Made by a program: the position numbers and the translations under genes. Source: an uncultured Spirochaetaceae bacterium (GTDB lineage Bacteria > Spirochaetota > Spirochaetia > Treponematales > Treponemataceae). From it: a stretch of 64,000 nt of DNA. The stretch spans positions 10,335 through 74,334 of the forward strand of contig CADCLG010000020.1 of the NCBI GenBank assembly GCA_902802305.1, given 5' to 3'. The notes beneath the pieces were generated by a model. The model searched no databases and had not been told where the DNA came from. It saw only the letters and a program-made list of their open reading frames with translations. This document shows, piece by piece, positions 37,435 to 47,711 of this stretch. Each line of letters starts with the position of its first letter. Position 1 is the first letter of the stretch.

Positions 37435-38205
37435 CTAATTCCAGATTACAATCTTACGCTCAATAAGATGAAGCAAGGAATCCATGATTTTTCCAATTAA
37501 TCCGATTGTAATCATTCCAACTATTACAACATCAGTCTGACCATACTGACGGGCATCCATAATCATATAGCCCAAGCCTGTAGTTGAAGAAACCAGCTCA
37601 GCGGCAACAACACACATCCAGCAGGAAGTAAGTCCGACACGAAGCCCTGTAAAAATATTTGGTGCGGCACTTGGAATGACTAATTTCAAAATATGCTTAG
37701 GAAGAGGAGTTTCCATAACCTTTGAAACTTCAATAAGATTTGCATCAGTTTGCTTTATACCGTCAATAACATTTATAAGGATTGTAAAAAAGCCACCAAG
37801 GAAAATTAAAAAGATTTTTCCTGTTTCTCCAATTCCAAACCATAAGATTACAAGAGGAATCCAGGCAATTGGAGGAATAGGCTTAATAATCTGAACAAGA
37901 AGCTGAGTAAGACGTTCAAGATGATGGGAAAGACCAATGAAGATTCCAAGACTTATCCCCAAAAGAGCAGAAACGCCATAGCCCTGAAGAACCCGTCCCA
38001 GACTGATTCCACAATGTTTAAGCAAAGTTCCTTTTAAGAAGAGGCTTTTAAAAGTTTTTCCGATTTTTGGAAGGGCTGGCATTACAACCGGGTTTAGTTT
38101 TCCAGTCTGCCCCATGATAATCCATACAACTAGGATTGCAACAATTAATACGACATATTCCAAAAAATATCCCATATTCTTAAAAAACAATTTTGATTTC
38201 ATCAT
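37435..38205 (-). CDS. SsuC/TauC-like ABC permease
   Basis: PIPPIAWIPLVILWFGIGE and VVAAEL..GLGYMI motifs. Confidence 0.93.
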   Translation of the reverse strand: MMKSKLFFKNMGYFLEYVVLIVAILVVWIIMGQTGKLNPVVMPALPKIGKTFKSLFLKGTLLKHCGISLGRVLQGYGVSALLGISLGIFIGLSHHLERLTQLLVQIIKPIPPIAWIPLVILWFGIGETGKIFLIFLGGFFTILINVIDGIKQTDANLIEVSKVMETPLPKHILKLVIPSAAPNIFTGLRVGLTSCWMCVVAAELVSSTTGLGYMIMDARQYGQTDVVIVGMITIGLIGKIMDSLLHLIERKIVIWN

Positions 38206-38356
38206 TCTTTCCTTAAAAAATTAAAATGATTAAAAACTCAAATAAAATATGAATACGGGAACGTTAGAAAAAGCGCATTCTTTTCTCTCGGTATTTATAT
38301 TATAATACAGATTAATAAATTTTAAAATGATAAAATGAAGAAATAGGGAAAAAATA

Positions 38357-39553
38357 ATGAAAAATTATTCTAAGAAGACCAATTTTACCGAAAAAAGACT
38401 GAATTTCATTTATAAATTCGTAATACCAAGTGCTAGGCTTGTGTTCAAGACCTTTTATAATTATAAATGCTCCCGTCCCGTCGATATAAATAACCCGGTA
38501 ATTGTCCTTGCAAATCATGTTTCTGATTATGATGCAATTTTAGTTGCCTCGGGTTTTAAGCGACAAATGTATTTTATTGCAAGCGAAAACTGTTTCCGTA
38601 AAGGATTTAAATCAAAAATGCTTGAATGGGCTTTTGCTCCTATTTCAAAAATAAAGGGTGCGTCTGATACACTTGCAGTAATGAAAGCTGTTAGATATCT
38701 AAAAGAAGGAAAAAACATTTGCATTTTTCCGGAAGGGGGACGAACCTTCAATGGAAGGACAACGCCGGTTAAAATTGCGACAGGAAAATTAGTAAAGATT
38801 TCTGGAGCTTCTCTTGCAACCTTTAAAATTTCCGGAGGCTATTTAAAAATCCCACGCTGGGGCTTTGGAAGAAGAAAAGGTCCCTGGAGCGGAAAGGTTA
38901 TGGGAATCTATTCTGCTCAAGAATTAAAAAATATGACTCCACAGCAAATTACAGATATTGTAAACAGAGATTTATATGAAGATGCTTACCAGAATCAGAC
39001 AATTTCACCCGAAAAATACAAGGGAAAAAATCTTGCCTTGGGAATGGAATGTGCCTTATGTGTTTGTCCTGAATGTAAAACTATAGGAAGCATAAAATCT
39101 CTGGGTGATGAAGTTTATTGCACTAAATGCGGGTTAAAAACAAGGGTTGATGAATATGGTTTATTTGGTAAAGATTTTCCTTTTACAAATGTTGCCCAGT
39201 GGGATGACTGGCAGGAAGCTTTTTATAGAGATTATACTGAAAGCATAAAGGATAATAATACAGCTATAGTTTTTGATGAAAATGTTAACCTTCAGACAGT
39301 AGATTCAAATCATCAGACTGTAATTTTAGGAAAGGGAAGATTTAGTCTCTACAGGGATAGATTTTCTTTTAAAACCGATGATACTGAAATCAATCTTCCT
39401 GTAGAAAAAATACCGGACTGTTCAGTATTCAGCCGTTCTAACTTTAATTTTACTGACAGCGAAGGACTACACTATGAATTGTACGCAGACAGGCTGATAA
39501 ATGTAAGAAAATATCTTTCTGTCTGGACAATTCTTAGAGAAGAAAAGCAGTGA
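38357..39553 (+). CDS. Lysophospholipid acyltransferase (PlsC-like) with a C-terminal zinc ribbon
   Basis: NHVSDYD and FPEGGRT motifs; CPEC...CTKC. Confidence 0.88.
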   Translation: MKNYSKKTNFTEKRLNFIYKFVIPSARLVFKTFYNYKCSRPVDINNPVIVLANHVSDYDAILVASGFKRQMYFIASENCFRKGFKSKMLEWAFAPISKIKGASDTLAVMKAVRYLKEGKNICIFPEGGRTFNGRTTPVKIATGKLVKISGASLATFKISGGYLKIPRWGFGRRKGPWSGKVMGIYSAQELKNMTPQQITDIVNRDLYEDAYQNQTISPEKYKGKNLALGMECALCVCPECKTIGSIKSLGDEVYCTKCGLKTRVDEYGLFGKDFPFTNVAQWDDWQEAFYRDYTESIKDNNTAIVFDENVNLQTVDSNHQTVILGKGRFSLYRDRFSFKTDDTEINLPVEKIPDCSVFSRSNFNFTDSEGLHYELYADRLINVRKYLSVWTILREEKQ

Positions 39554-39557
39554 CTTT

Positions 39558-41081
39558 TTACAGAATATAGCGGGATAAATCCTCACTCTGAACAACGTCT
39601 GTAAGTTTTGAATCTACATAAGCGGCATCAATTGTAATTGTTTCGCCCTTATGCTCATCTGCATCAAAACTAATGTCCGAAAGAACCTTTTCCATAATTG
39701 TATGAAGACGTCTGGCTCCAATATTTTCTGCCCGGTTGTTTACATCTTCTGCAATAAAACTCATTCTTTCAATTGCTTCTTCAGAAATATTAAGGGTAAC
39801 ACCTTCTGTTTCCAAAAGCTTTGTATACTGCATAATCAAAGAGTTTTTAGGCTCCTTTAAAATTTTGTAGAAATCTTCTTTATGAAGAGAATCAAGCTCT
39901 ACACGCAATGGGAAACGTCCCTGGAGTTCAGGAATCAAATCACTTGGAGCAGCAACACTAAAGGCACCGGCAGCAATAAAAAGAATATGAGTTGTATCAA
40001 CTACACCAAACTTTGTATTTACATTACTGCCTTCAACAATAGGAAGAATATCCCTCTGAACCCCTTCTCTGCTGACGTCCTGTCCGCGACTTTCTCCATG
40101 AACGGCAATCTTATCTATTTCGTCTATAAAAATAATGCCGCTCTGCTCTACTCTTTTTTTAGCTTCATCGGCTACCTTATCATGGTCGACCATTCCGTCA
40201 AGAACTTCTTCTGTGAGAATTTTTCTGGCTTCTTTTACAGTAATCATTTTTTTTCTTGAACGACCACCGCCATTAAGCATATTGATAAGTCCCTGCATAC
40301 TGTTCTGAAGGTCATCAATAGAACCACCAGCAATAATTTCCATGTTAGGCATTCCTGAATTAGGACGGGAAACCATCATTTCAATTTCGCGGTCTTCAAG
40401 CTTACCTTCACGCAGCATCTGGCGGAATTTTTCTCTTGTATGATTTTCTGCTGAATCTTTTTCTTCAGTCTGAGCATTTTCTGTCTCAAGATTTTCTGTC
40501 TGACTGCTTTCTGCAGCATTTTCTTCTGCCTGAATCTCTGCTGCAACCTTATTTAAATCAATAGTCAATTCTGAAGGTGACTGCTGAGTAATAAAACCTA
40601 AAGGCTGAATTTGAGTCTGTGGCTTTTGTGATTTCTTGTCTTTTTTGCCTGTTCCTGGAAGCAATAAATCAAGCAGACGTTCTTCTACAATGCCTACAGA
40701 TTTTTCACGTAAAGCGTCTTCCATTTCGGCTTTTACGTCATTGTAACCAACAGCCATCAAATCACGAATCATGCTTTCTACATCACGACCAACATAACCA
40801 ACTTCTGTATATTTTGTTGCTTCAACTTTTAAGAAAGGTGCACCGCAGAGCTTTGCAAGACGACGGGCAATTTCTGTTTTACCAACACCAGTAGGTCCAA
40901 TCATTAAAATATTTTTTGGAGCTACCTCATCACGAATATCATCAGAAAGCTTTAAACGTCTGAATCTGTTTCTGAGAGCGACAGCAACGGCCTTTTTAGC
41001 TTTTTCCTGACCAATGATATATGAATCTAGTTTTTCTACTATCTCTTTTGGTGTAAGTTCATTATTTTTCATTAATTCCAT
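39558..41081 (-). CDS. hslU: ATP-dependent protease ATPase subunit HslU
   Basis: PKNILMIGPTGVGKTEIARR, GYVGRDVES, VSREGVQRD and ENIGARRL motifs. Confidence 0.98.
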   Translation of the reverse strand: MELMKNNELTPKEIVEKLDSYIIGQEKAKKAVAVALRNRFRRLKLSDDIRDEVAPKNILMIGPTGVGKTEIARRLAKLCGAPFLKVEATKYTEVGYVGRDVESMIRDLMAVGYNDVKAEMEDALREKSVGIVEERLLDLLLPGTGKKDKKSQKPQTQIQPLGFITQQSPSELTIDLNKVAAEIQAEENAAESSQTENLETENAQTEEKDSAENHTREKFRQMLREGKLEDREIEMMVSRPNSGMPNMEIIAGGSIDDLQNSMQGLINMLNGGGRSRKKMITVKEARKILTEEVLDGMVDHDKVADEAKKRVEQSGIIFIDEIDKIAVHGESRGQDVSREGVQRDILPIVEGSNVNTKFGVVDTTHILFIAAGAFSVAAPSDLIPELQGRFPLRVELDSLHKEDFYKILKEPKNSLIMQYTKLLETEGVTLNISEEAIERMSFIAEDVNNRAENIGARRLHTIMEKVLSDISFDADEHKGETITIDAAYVDSKLTDVVQSEDLSRYIL

Positions 41082-41094
41082 AAAAAAATCCTTT

Positions 41095-41640
41095 TTAGTC
41101 TAAAGTCTCAATAGTCAGATTCTGATTTGTGTAAATACAAATGCTTCCTGCAATATTCAAAGAACGTTCTGCAATTTCTCTTGCTGATAAATCAGATGCA
41201 TCCAGATAAGCGAGAGCTGCTGAATAAGCATAATTGCCGCCAGAACCGATTGCAATTGCATCTTTTTCTGGTTCAATAACATTTCCATCACCACTTATCA
41301 AAAGAAGTTTTTCTTTGTCGGCAACAAGAAGCATTGCTTCAAGCTTCTGAAGACTGCGATCTGTACGCCAGGCTTTTGCAAGCTCTACAGCCGAACGCAT
41401 GATATCACCGTTATATTCTTTTACCTTTTCTTCAAATCGGTCTAAAAGAGTAAAGGCATCTGCAACACTTCCAGCAAAACCTGTAAGAATCTTTCCACCG
41501 TAAATCTTGCGGACTTTTCTTGAATTGCCCTTGCATACTGTGTCACCCAAGGTACACTGACCGTCTCCTGCCATTGCAACCTGACCATTTCTTCTTACAG
41601 CCAGAATTGTCGTGCTTCTGATTTTATTTTTATTTCCCAT
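41095..41640 (-). CDS. hslV: ATP-dependent protease subunit HslV
   Basis: [22 protein letters not shown] and IGSGG motifs. Confidence 0.98.
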   Translation of the reverse strand: MGNKNKIRSTTILAVRRNGQVAMAGDGQCTLGDTVCKGNSRKVRKIYGGKILTGFAGSVADAFTLLDRFEEKVKEYNGDIMRSAVELAKAWRTDRSLQKLEAMLLVADKEKLLLISGDGNVIEPEKDAIAIGSGGNYAYSAALAYLDASDLSAREIAERSLNIAGSICIYTNQNLTIETLD

Positions 41641-41715
41641 ATATTAAACTCCAAAGATTTTATTCTAAATTGATTTAATAAATATAATAAAAAATCCACA
41701 AATCGGCAAAGGAAA

Positions 41716-41835
41716 TTCAATTTACAATTAAAAATTAACAATTGACAATTATTTATTATCCACGCTTAATTGACTATTATCAATTCTCCATTCTCCATTG
41801 TCAATTGTCCATTGTCAATTGTCAATTGTTAATTA
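41716..41835. repeat. Two heptamer (TCAATTG-like) tandem arrays in inverted orientation
   Basis: 41780-41835: tcaattc tccattc tccattg tcaattg tccattg tcaattg tcaattg ttaatta; 41733-41750 is the exact reverse complement of 41817-41834. Confidence 0.85.
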
Positions 41836-42735
41836 TCTACTATGCGGGTGGGCTTTGTTATAAATATCTATTAATCTTTCGGTTGTAACGTGGGTATAGC
41901 GCTGAGTTGTAGAAATACTAGAATGGCCCAGCATTTCCTGGACATATCTTACATCGGCTCCATTTGAAATAAGGGTTGTTGCAAAAGTATGTCGGAAGGC
42001 ATGAGGATTTACATGCTTTTTTGTTCCTTCAGTACCTGAATAACGGGAAATTATGTATCTCATTCCGCCTACAGACAAGGCATGTCCCTTTTGATTTATA
42101 AAAAGATTTTCAGTTGGCGTCTGGATTCCGTTTGCCAGCAGAACTTTTTTACGATCCTCCAGATATAAGGCAAGGGCTTTACGGGATTCTTCTTCAAAAA
42201 AAACCTTACGCTGCTTATTGCCTTTTCCTGTTACAATTGCGCTATGGTAATTATCCATAAAATCACTTAACTTTAAGCTGCACATTTCACTGATACGGCA
42301 ACCGGAAGAATAAAGCATGGTAAAAATTGCCCGGTCGCGTTTTTCCCAGAGAAGCTCATTTACCTGCGGCTCCTTACACAAAGTATTCATTTCTTCCTGA
42401 GTCAAAAACTTTGGTGTCTGTTTAGCCCTTTTTATAGTTTTTATATCCAGAGCCGGATTATGAGCAAGATAAGAAAAGCTTCTGGCATAAGAAAAAAGTG
42501 AACGGACAGAAGAAATAAAACGGTTTTCTGAGGCTATAGATTTATGCTCTGAAGACAGCTGTCCAATACAGAGGTGGATATTTTCCTTTGTGATTTTTTC
42601 AATATCAATTGTTGGCGTGAGATATTCCTGAAACTTTTTCAAATCATTTCGGTAACCGATGATTGTATTCTCTGAAAAACCTTTGATTGTGGAAATATAA
42701 ATAATAAACTCGTCGACAAGTTCTGAAAGTGTCAT
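41833..42735 (-). CDS. xerC: Tyrosine recombinase XerC-like
   Basis: LYSSGCRISE, GKGNKQR, HAFRHTFAT and LGHSSISTTQRYTH motifs; position topA-xerC-hslV. Confidence 0.85.
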   Translation of the reverse strand: MTLSELVDEFIIYISTIKGFSENTIIGYRNDLKKFQEYLTPTIDIEKITKENIHLCIGQLSSEHKSIASENRFISSVRSLFSYARSFSYLAHNPALDIKTIKRAKQTPKFLTQEEMNTLCKEPQVNELLWEKRDRAIFTMLYSSGCRISEMCSLKLSDFMDNYHSAIVTGKGNKQRKVFFEEESRKALALYLEDRKKVLLANGIQTPTENLFINQKGHALSVGGMRYIISRYSGTEGTKKHVNPHAFRHTFATTLISNGADVRYVQEMLGHSSISTTQRYTHVTTERLIDIYNKAHPHSR

Positions 42736-42749
42736 ACTTATTTATCGAC

Positions 42750-42787
42750 AAAAAAGGCAGGGATAAACACTATCCTTGCTTTTTTTT
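42750..42787 (-). terminator. Intrinsic terminator after topA
   Basis: aaaaaaggcagggata-aacac-tatccttgctttttttt. Confidence 0.7.
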
Positions 42788-42794
42788 AGAAAAG

Positions 42795-44963
42795 TTATTC
42801 CTGCTCTGGCTGAACCGTATCATCAAAACTATGGAGATAATTACAGTCAGGATTGATACAAGATTTATAACTTCCGTTCTTTTTGTCGTATTTTTCTACC
42901 AGGAACCAGCCGCACTGAGGACAGTACTGATCAATTGGCTTGAAGTGACTGATAAAATTACATTTAGGATAATTTGTACAGCCGTAGAAGGATTTTCCCC
43001 TTCCCTTATTCTTTCGTTCTACAATTTCACCGCCACAGTCTTTACATGGACATTTTGCAAGAGGAATTGATTTTGTATTATGACACTCAGGGAAGCCGGA
43101 ACAGGCAAGGAAGAAACCAAAGCGACCAAGCTTTTTTACCATCGGCTTTCCGCATAATTCACAAACCTTATCTGTAGATTCATCTAAGAAGCCCTTTACG
43201 CTGGTTTGATGCTCCATAACATCATCAACTCTTTTTTTGAAACCGTCGTAAAAATCAGCAATAAGATTATTCCAGACAATTTTATCCTGCTCAACCTGAT
43301 CCAAATCATCTTCAACCTTTGCTGTAAACTCTTCGTTTATAACTTCAGGGAAAGATTCAACAAGGATTTTATTTATCATACGGCCAAGTTCTGTTGGAAC
43401 CAGCTGCTTGTTGCTTCTTGTAACATAATATCGGTCAAGCAAAACAGAAATAATCTGAGCATAGGTAGAAGGACGTCCAATTCCTTTTTCTTCAAGCATT
43501 CTTACGATTGAAGCATCTGTATAACGTGCAGGTCCCTGGGTAAAATGCTGTTCCGGATGGAAAAGCTGAACATCAATAATTTCGCCTTCTTTTAATGCAG
43601 GCAATGAAGTTGATTTTTCTTCTTTTGATGAAAGAAGCTTGATTACGTTATAAAAACCTTTTTCGGAGATTTTACTTGCTGCAGTACGGAATACAGCCTC
43701 TTCAGCTTCGATTTCTACACTGGTAGTTACCATTTTTGCATTATTCATCTGAGAAGAAACAAATCTTTCCCAAATTAAAGAATAAAGCTTAAACTGGTCA
43801 TTTGAAATACCAGTCTGGCCAGGCTTTGAATTAATGTATTCTTTAAGGCTTTCAGGCGTATATTCTGTGTAAGTTGGGCGGATACATTCATGAGCATCCT
43901 GAGCAGTTTTACCAACCGCATATTTTATAGGCTCTTCCGGCAAATCTGACGGATAATTATTTGAAATCCATTTTCTTACATCATTCAAGGCAGTATCAGA
44001 AATACGAACTGAGTCTGTACGCATGTAAGTAATCAAACCAACGCGGTTAGAGCCGATTGTAATACCTTCATACAACTGCTGGGCAATCTGCATTGTTTTT
44101 CTGGAAGTAAAGCCAAGACGGTTTGCAGCGGCCTGCTGTAATTTTGAAGTTGTAAAAGGTGGCTTTGGATGTACTGTTTTTTCAGTTTTTTTGAGGGAAG
44201 AAACCTTGCAGTCAGAATCCTTAATTTTTGCAATAATTTCCTGAACCTGCTTTTCAGATTTTAATTCTGGATTTTCCCCCTTATATTTTACCAGTTGGGC
44301 AGTAAAAGAAGATTTTCCCTTTTGGAAATCAGCATCCAGGGTCCAGTATTCTTCCGGCAAAAAGTCTTCTACTTCTTTTTCACGCTCACAAATAAGTCTT
44401 AAGGCTACAGACTGAACACGACCGGCAGAAAGACCATTTTTTACCTTACTCCACAAAAGGGGACTTAAATTATAACCAACAAGACGGTCAAGAACACGGC
44501 GGGCTTTCTGAGCATTAACCTTAGCTTCTACAATTTCACCAGGATTTTTTACAGCTTCTGAAATTGCAGTTGGTGTAATTTCATTAAAAACAATACGGTT
44601 GATTTTAGCCTGAGTTTTATCCTGAAGAGCATTATTTAAATGCCAGGCAATAGCTTCTCCTTCACGGTCATTATCCGATGCCAGCAAAACGACATCAGAT
44701 TTTTTTGCTTCTTTCTGCAGTTCTTTTAAAAGCTTTGCACGTCCGCGGACTGTAATATATTCCGGCTGAAAACCATGCTCAATATCAATTGCCATTCTCG
44801 ACTTAGGTAAATCTATCAAATGTCCCTGAGAAGCCCTTACAGTATAGCCTGGGCCTAAATATTTTTCGATAGTCTGGGCCTTTGTCGGAGATTCCACGAT
44901 TACAAGAGTTTTTGTTTTCGCTGTCTTTGACGTTTTTGATGTTTTTGCATTTTTTGTTGCCAT
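42795..44963 (-). CDS. topA: DNA topoisomerase I
   Basis: LVIVESP, DREGEAI, SAGRVQS and LITYMRTDS motifs; C-terminal zinc ribbons. Confidence 0.99.
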   Translation of the reverse strand: MATKNAKTSKTSKTAKTKTLVIVESPTKAQTIEKYLGPGYTVRASQGHLIDLPKSRMAIDIEHGFQPEYITVRGRAKLLKELQKEAKKSDVVLLASDNDREGEAIAWHLNNALQDKTQAKINRIVFNEITPTAISEAVKNPGEIVEAKVNAQKARRVLDRLVGYNLSPLLWSKVKNGLSAGRVQSVALRLICEREKEVEDFLPEEYWTLDADFQKGKSSFTAQLVKYKGENPELKSEKQVQEIIAKIKDSDCKVSSLKKTEKTVHPKPPFTTSKLQQAAANRLGFTSRKTMQIAQQLYEGITIGSNRVGLITYMRTDSVRISDTALNDVRKWISNNYPSDLPEEPIKYAVGKTAQDAHECIRPTYTEYTPESLKEYINSKPGQTGISNDQFKLYSLIWERFVSSQMNNAKMVTTSVEIEAEEAVFRTAASKISEKGFYNVIKLLSSKEEKSTSLPALKEGEIIDVQLFHPEQHFTQGPARYTDASIVRMLEEKGIGRPSTYAQIISVLLDRYYVTRSNKQLVPTELGRMINKILVESFPEVINEEFTAKVEDDLDQVEQDKIVWNNLIADFYDGFKKRVDDVMEHQTSVKGFLDESTDKVCELCGKPMVKKLGRFGFFLACSGFPECHNTKSIPLAKCPCKDCGGEIVERKNKGRGKSFYGCTNYPKCNFISHFKPIDQYCPQCGWFLVEKYDKKNGSYKSCINPDCNYLHSFDDTVQPEQE

Positions 44964-44978
44964 AATTTATCCTACCTG

Positions 44979-46043
44979 CTAATCAAATAACATAGTTTGA
45001 ATACTTTGATTACTGCGGCTGCCAGGTTCTTCTGCAAGGCATTGGCAATAATCATTATAGTCTTTAATTATTGGTGCACCAGCATCCAGAAACTTTTTAA
45101 GACTATTCTCTACTTTATATTTACTAACTTTTCCCATAGCAAAATCTTTTTCCAACTGAGATTTTACAGTTTGAGAAAGTTTAATTGCATCTTCACCAAC
45201 AGCAGCCTCATGAAACATAAGCTCCCGGTTATATTCCAAAGCAAAATCTGCTGTAATTAATGCACCGCTTCCTGGTGGAGCTTCAATAACTACAGTTGCA
45301 GGAGAAAGTCCCGCTATAATTCTGTTTCTGGCTACAAAATGCCAGGCAGCAGTTGATATCCCCGGTTCATATTCACTTATAATACAGCCACCGGTTTTTA
45401 GGATATTTGAAGCAAGCACCTTATTTGATGAAGGCACAATATTATCTATTGCAGAAGGAAGTACTGCAACAGTTTTTCCTATTCCTTCAAGCTCTTGTCC
45501 TGCTTCCATTCTGTCAAAAATTGCCGAAACTGCCCCCTTATGGGCAAATGAATCTGCACCATTAGCCAGACCGGAAATTACATTGCAACCATTCAAAACA
45601 GCATCATGAGAAAAAGAAAAGGCTGCTTTTTTACCGAATGGAGTCAAACGCCTTGTGCCAACAATTGATAGGCTTTTTTCAGCAAGTATTTTTTCATTAC
45701 CCCGGCAAAATAAAAGATAAGGCGGATCTGCAATCTGTCTTAAGAGTTCAGGATAACAAAAATCTGTATTATGCAGAAGCTTTACTCCATAAGCATCACA
45801 ATAACGTTTTGCGCGTTTTGCCAGCCTGAGATTTTCATTTCCATTCCAAAGCTTAGATTTTATCTGCCTGTCAATTATTTTGGAAATATCATCTATAGAC
45901 ATTAATGCAAGCTGTGCTGGACTGTCAAGATTTTTTTCAAGATTTTTTTTCTCTTCAAAAGATAAAAAAGTAATTCTAGCTATGGAAAGAGAAAGTAGTG
46001 TTTTTTCTTCATTTGACTCTTCGTTAATTGCTGTATGCTGCAT
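44979..46043 (-). CDS. dprA: DNA-processing protein DprA/Smf
   Basis: YPELLRQIADPP, SIVGTR, ISGLANGAD, RNRIIAGLS and SGALITA motifs. Confidence 0.95.
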   Translation of the reverse strand: MQHTAINEESNEEKTLLSLSIARITFLSFEEKKNLEKNLDSPAQLALMSIDDISKIIDRQIKSKLWNGNENLRLAKRAKRYCDAYGVKLLHNTDFCYPELLRQIADPPYLLFCRGNEKILAEKSLSIVGTRRLTPFGKKAAFSFSHDAVLNGCNVISGLANGADSFAHKGAVSAIFDRMEAGQELEGIGKTVAVLPSAIDNIVPSSNKVLASNILKTGGCIISEYEPGISTAAWHFVARNRIIAGLSPATVVIEAPPGSGALITADFALEYNRELMFHEAAVGEDAIKLSQTVKSQLEKDFAMGKVSKYKVENSLKKFLDAGAPIIKDYNDYCQCLAEEPGSRSNQSIQTMLFD

Positions 46044-46749
46044 CTAAAACTATTTTTTTGTTTTCCTCTGCTGTTGCTTTTGTTTCGGCTGATTTAGTCG
46101 TTGCTATTATTTTATCATACATTTCTACAGATTTGTCAAATTCAAAAGAAGAATAATAGGCTCTTGCAAGCACAAACATTGCATCCAGATTGTTAACTTC
46201 GATTGTAAGAGCTTTTTCCAGATAAGGAATTGCCTTTTCACTTTCATTTAATTCAAAAACATAAAGAACGCCAAGACCATATAAAGCTCTTACATAGCGG
46301 TCTTCAATTGTAATTGCCCGCAGATAAGCGTCTTCGGCAAGCTTAAGATAATTATATTTTACTTCGTTAGTTCCGCTGGCGTTGTAATCCAAAGCCTGAT
46401 GAGACATATAACCTGCGCAAACCCCTACATAATAATACAAGTTCTGGTTATCAGGATAATAAGTAAGCGCCTCCTGAAAGCATTTTAAGGCTTCACCATA
46501 CATTTTTGTATCAAGATAGCGGGTTCCAAGTATTTTATACCAGATTCCAATCTGACTTTGTGCCAGCTGAATGTCAGAAACTCTTCGCTGATATTTTTCG
46601 ATAGCATCCTTTAATTCTTCTATAGTTGTCGGATTTGAAACACCTTCTTCAAGTTTTTGTGCTCTCAAGATTGTTTTATTTGATACATTACAAGAAATAG
46701 AAGAAATAACAATTCCAAGTATTAAAATGAAAACTAAAGCCTTTTTCAT
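46024..46749 (-). CDS. TPR-repeat lipoprotein
   Basis: Lipobox SSISC; several TPR repeats (YGEALKCFQEAL, ALYGLG, AIPYLEKAL). Confidence 0.88.
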   Translation of the reverse strand: MKKALVFILILGIVISSISCNVSNKTILRAQKLEEGVSNPTTIEELKDAIEKYQRRVSDIQLAQSQIGIWYKILGTRYLDTKMYGEALKCFQEALTYYPDNQNLYYYVGVCAGYMSHQALDYNASGTNEVKYNYLKLAEDAYLRAITIEDRYVRALYGLGVLYVFELNESEKAIPYLEKALTIEVNNLDAMFVLARAYYSSFEFDKSVEMYDKIIATTKSAETKATAEENKKIVLDAAYSN

Positions 46750-46785
46750 ATCAGCCTCCTGGTATAATTCAAACTGAAAATAAAA

Positions 46786-47676
46786 TTATTCAGAATGATT
46801 CCTAAAATATTTATCATGTGCCACTTCAAGTTCTTCCGCAGTTACATGTGTATATATTTGTGTTGTAGCCAAATCAGAATGTCCTAAAAGCTCCTGAACA
46901 GAACGCAAATCTGCACCACCGCTGAGCAGATGGGTTGCAAAGGAATGTCGCAGTGTATGAACCTTTGCTTCAACACCAGACATTTTTTCCAGCTCCTGAA
47001 AACGTTTCCAGACACCTTTTCGGGAAATACCTTTTCCTTGATAATTTACAAAAAGTTCGGGAACATTTCTACCCTTTACAAGTTCTGGACGAACATCTTT
47101 TATATATTTTTCAAGTTTTTCTGCGGCACGGTCACCAAAAGGAACAATTCTTTCTTTATCTCCTTTTCCGTGTACTAAAATCAGGCGCTCATCCATGTGG
47201 ACATTTATAATTTTTAAATCACAAGCCTCACTGATTCTCAAACCGCAGGAATAAATAAGTTCAAATAAAGCTTCATCACGTTTTCCACAAAGAGTGGAAG
47301 TATCTATTCCTGACAATAAGGCGTCAACCTGCTCTGGAGAAAGAACTTTAGGAAGATTGTGCGCTGCTTTTGGTCTATCCAACAAAAGAGCAATATTTTC
47401 GGTCCAGTAATTTTTACGTACCAGATAATCACCCAAAGCTCTGACTCCCGAAATATCCTTTGCCAGCGTGATTTCTGAACAACCGTCTGTCTTACGCTTG
47501 AGAAAATAATACATAAGATTTTGGACAGTTACATCCTTCAATTTTATCCGTTCAGTCACAAGCCAGTTTAAAAACTCCTGGGAGGAAAGTTTGTAAGTCA
47601 AAGCAGTCTGAACTGAACTTCTTTTTACAAGAATTAAATCTGAATAAAACTGATTCAATAACCCGTCGATTGTCAT
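46786..47676 (-). CDS. xerD: Tyrosine recombinase XerD-like
   Basis: LPKVLS, YSCGLRISE, GKGDKERIVP, HTLRHSFATHLL and LGHSDLATTQIYTH motifs. Confidence 0.88.
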   Translation of the reverse strand: MTIDGLLNQFYSDLILVKRSSVQTALTYKLSSQEFLNWLVTERIKLKDVTVQNLMYYFLKRKTDGCSEITLAKDISGVRALGDYLVRKNYWTENIALLLDRPKAAHNLPKVLSPEQVDALLSGIDTSTLCGKRDEALFELIYSCGLRISEACDLKIINVHMDERLILVHGKGDKERIVPFGDRAAEKLEKYIKDVRPELVKGRNVPELFVNYQGKGISRKGVWKRFQELEKMSGVEAKVHTLRHSFATHLLSGGADLRSVQELLGHSDLATTQIYTHVTAEELEVAHDKYFRNHSE

Positions 47677-47711
47677 ATATCTAAATCGTCAGCAAAGTAA
47701 TTCCGCAGCAA

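Noticed and set aside
41833..47676. Two tyrosine recombinases as the signature of an integrated element
   Set aside because: They flank topA-dprA-TPR in the usual Treponema housekeeping order and look like XerC and XerD; no att repeats or cargo genes are visible
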